Part shown: piece after piece, positions 42,630 through 43,715 of the stretch
How positions within the stretch are numbered: position 1 is the stretch's first letter
Layout: the number at the start of each line of letters is the position of its first letter
Assembly (NCBI GenBank): GCA_964576905.1
Contig: CAZNWG010000004.1
Span: 1 to 43,715, forward strand
DNA from: an uncultured Candidatus Saccharibacteria bacterium
GTDB lineage: Bacteria > Patescibacteriota > Minisyncoccia > Phycocordibacterales > UBA918
Direction: 5' to 3'
Length of the DNA: 43,715 nt
Made by a program: the position numbers and the translations under genes
The notes under the pieces: generated by a model
Told to the model about the DNA's origin: nothing
What the model saw: only the letters and a program-made list of their open reading frames with translations
Database searches by the model: none

Positions 42630-43715
42630 TCAGTGTTGTTTTGAAACTTGCGTGATGAGGTTCACTATTTCTGCTGTAGCGTTTGGTTTTGCAAAAGCAC
42701 GTGCACCTTCAGTCATTTCAGTGTAGACATCACCGTTTTGCATAATACGATTTATTTCTGCGAGGAGCAAGTGTTCAGTGAGATTTTTTTCCTCCATAAC
42801 GATTGATGCCTTATAGCGTGCGTATGCATACGCATTCGAACGTTGGTCATGACTTATGTGCTCAGAAATGGGAATGATAATTGATGGTTTGCCATGACTA
42901 CTGATTTCATAAATTGAGGTACTCCCAGCACGTGAAATAACCAATGATGCGACAAAATATGCATCATTGAGGAGTGCTCCATCGAAAAAAGCAAAAGGCT
43001 TGTAGTGCGCTCGAAGCTCGGGATTTGTGATAAGTACATCTGCAGACCGGAGGCAGTTCTCATAGTGCGCAGTTCCCGTCTGATGGATAATGGTAAAATC
43101 AGGAAGTAGTTCATCGAGAGAGCTCAGAATGAGCTCATTAATACGAAGTGCACCCTGCGAACCCCCGAGTACAAGAATAACAGGACGATTGGGGTCAATG
43201 CCAAGTTTTTGGATTGCATCAGTATGGGGACCTCCTCTCAAGACTGCGCGAAGCGGAACACCGAGGAGGTACTGCTGTGCATTCGTGTGCGGAAGTACAA
43301 TACCCTCATACGAGGTTACCACATGCTTCGCAAAACGGAGTCCAAGCTTGTTTGCTCTCCCGACAACAGAATCTGATTCGTGCACAATAATGGGTATACG
43401 GAAAAAACCAGCTGCAAGAACAACAGGCACACTTGTGTATCCACCTTTACTCACAACGACATCGGGATACAGAATATACAGCTTTATGAGTGCAGTAAAA
43501 AAACCAAAAATCACTCTGAAAAAATCAAGGAAATTAAGCACAGATGCGTACCGACGCTGTTTGCCAGAACTAATACGCATGAAATGAATTCCTTCATTTC
43601 GAAGTGCCTCTGCATCATATTCATCAGGACCAGCATAATACAGCTCAGGGCGTTCTGGGTGCGTGTTAAATTCTTCTGCAAGCGCAATGAGTGGGTAGAA
43701 ATGACCCCCGGTACC
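42630..43715 (-). CDS. murG: MurG (undecaprenyldiphospho-muramoylpentapeptide beta-N-acetylglucosaminyltransferase), 5'-partial at the window edge
   Basis: The frame stays open to the window end, and the reverse strand reads GTGGHFYPLIALAEEF... (G-loop). SGKQRRY and GGSQGA are also present. It ends 9 nt before gltX. Confidence 0.85.
   Translation of the reverse strand, partial: GTGGHFYPLIALAEEFNTHPERPELYYAGPDEYDAEALRNEGIHFMRISSGKQRRYASVLNFLDFFRVIFGFFTALIKLYILYPDVVVSKGGYTSVPVVLAAGFFRIPIIVHESDSVVGRANKLGLRFAKHVVTSYEGIVLPHTNAQQYLLGVPLRAVLRGGPHTDAIQKLGIDPNRPVILVLGGSQGALRINELILSSLDELLPDFTIIHQTGTAHYENCLRSADVLITNPELRAHYKPFAFFDGALLNDAYFVASLVISRAGSTSIYEISSHGKPSIIIPISEHISHDQRSNAYAYARYKASIVMEEKNLTEHLLLAEINRIMQNGDVYTEMTEGARAFAKPNATAEIVNLITQVSKQH

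Noticed and set aside
1-43715. An alternative genetic code (UGA recoding as in some CPR lineages).
   Set aside because: All conserved genes are full length under code 11. TGA is used as a genuine stop, for example at 4263-4265 and 26265-26267. I saw no conserved domain interrupted by an in-frame TGA.

Overview
This is a 43.7-kb bacterial chromosomal window that reads cleanly under the standard code (11). It holds about 50 protein genes. I found no rRNA, tRNA or CRISPR array. Recognisable housekeeping genes are rplU, rplI, rpmA, recR, dnaB, cysS, gltX, corA, ung, rmuC, pgi, a ROK kinase, murI, murG (partial at the right edge), a cyclophilin PPIase, an S41 protease, an M23 peptidase, a LOG-family protein and a DnaQ-like exonuclease. 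They are interleaved with many signal-peptide or TM hypotheticals. The compact layout, sparse metabolism, dockerin-like and Cys-rich-repeat proteins and many start codons sitting 6-10 nt after a TGnTAnAnT -10 box suggest a small-genome Patescibacteria/CPR-like organism; this placement is inference only. The most interesting region is a same-strand five-gene surface-appendage locus (24807-33461). Its 1324-aa protein contains a nucleotide-perfect 1665-bp in-frame tandem duplication, itself built from three older sub-repeats. The C-terminal ~160 aa of that protein recur in the next, smaller gene. A signal-plus-C-terminal-TM protein and a Cys-rich/poly-Gly/dockerin-like protein follow. This layout resembles Firmicute WxL/Csc loci, with Tyr where Trp is expected. 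Other notable items: a DinJ-YafQ plus HDAC-like cassette bracketed by a diverged 85-bp copy of the 5' end of the downstream PIF1-like helicase; a cluster of four same-orientation DnaA-box-like sites; a 184-bp MITE-like element with TA flanks; a run of small secreted Cys proteins, two of which share a conserved leader; a duplicated terminator hairpin flanking one of those genes; and a perfect 88-bp tandem duplication upstream of an SLT-domain gene whose signal-peptide coding part has no in-frame start.
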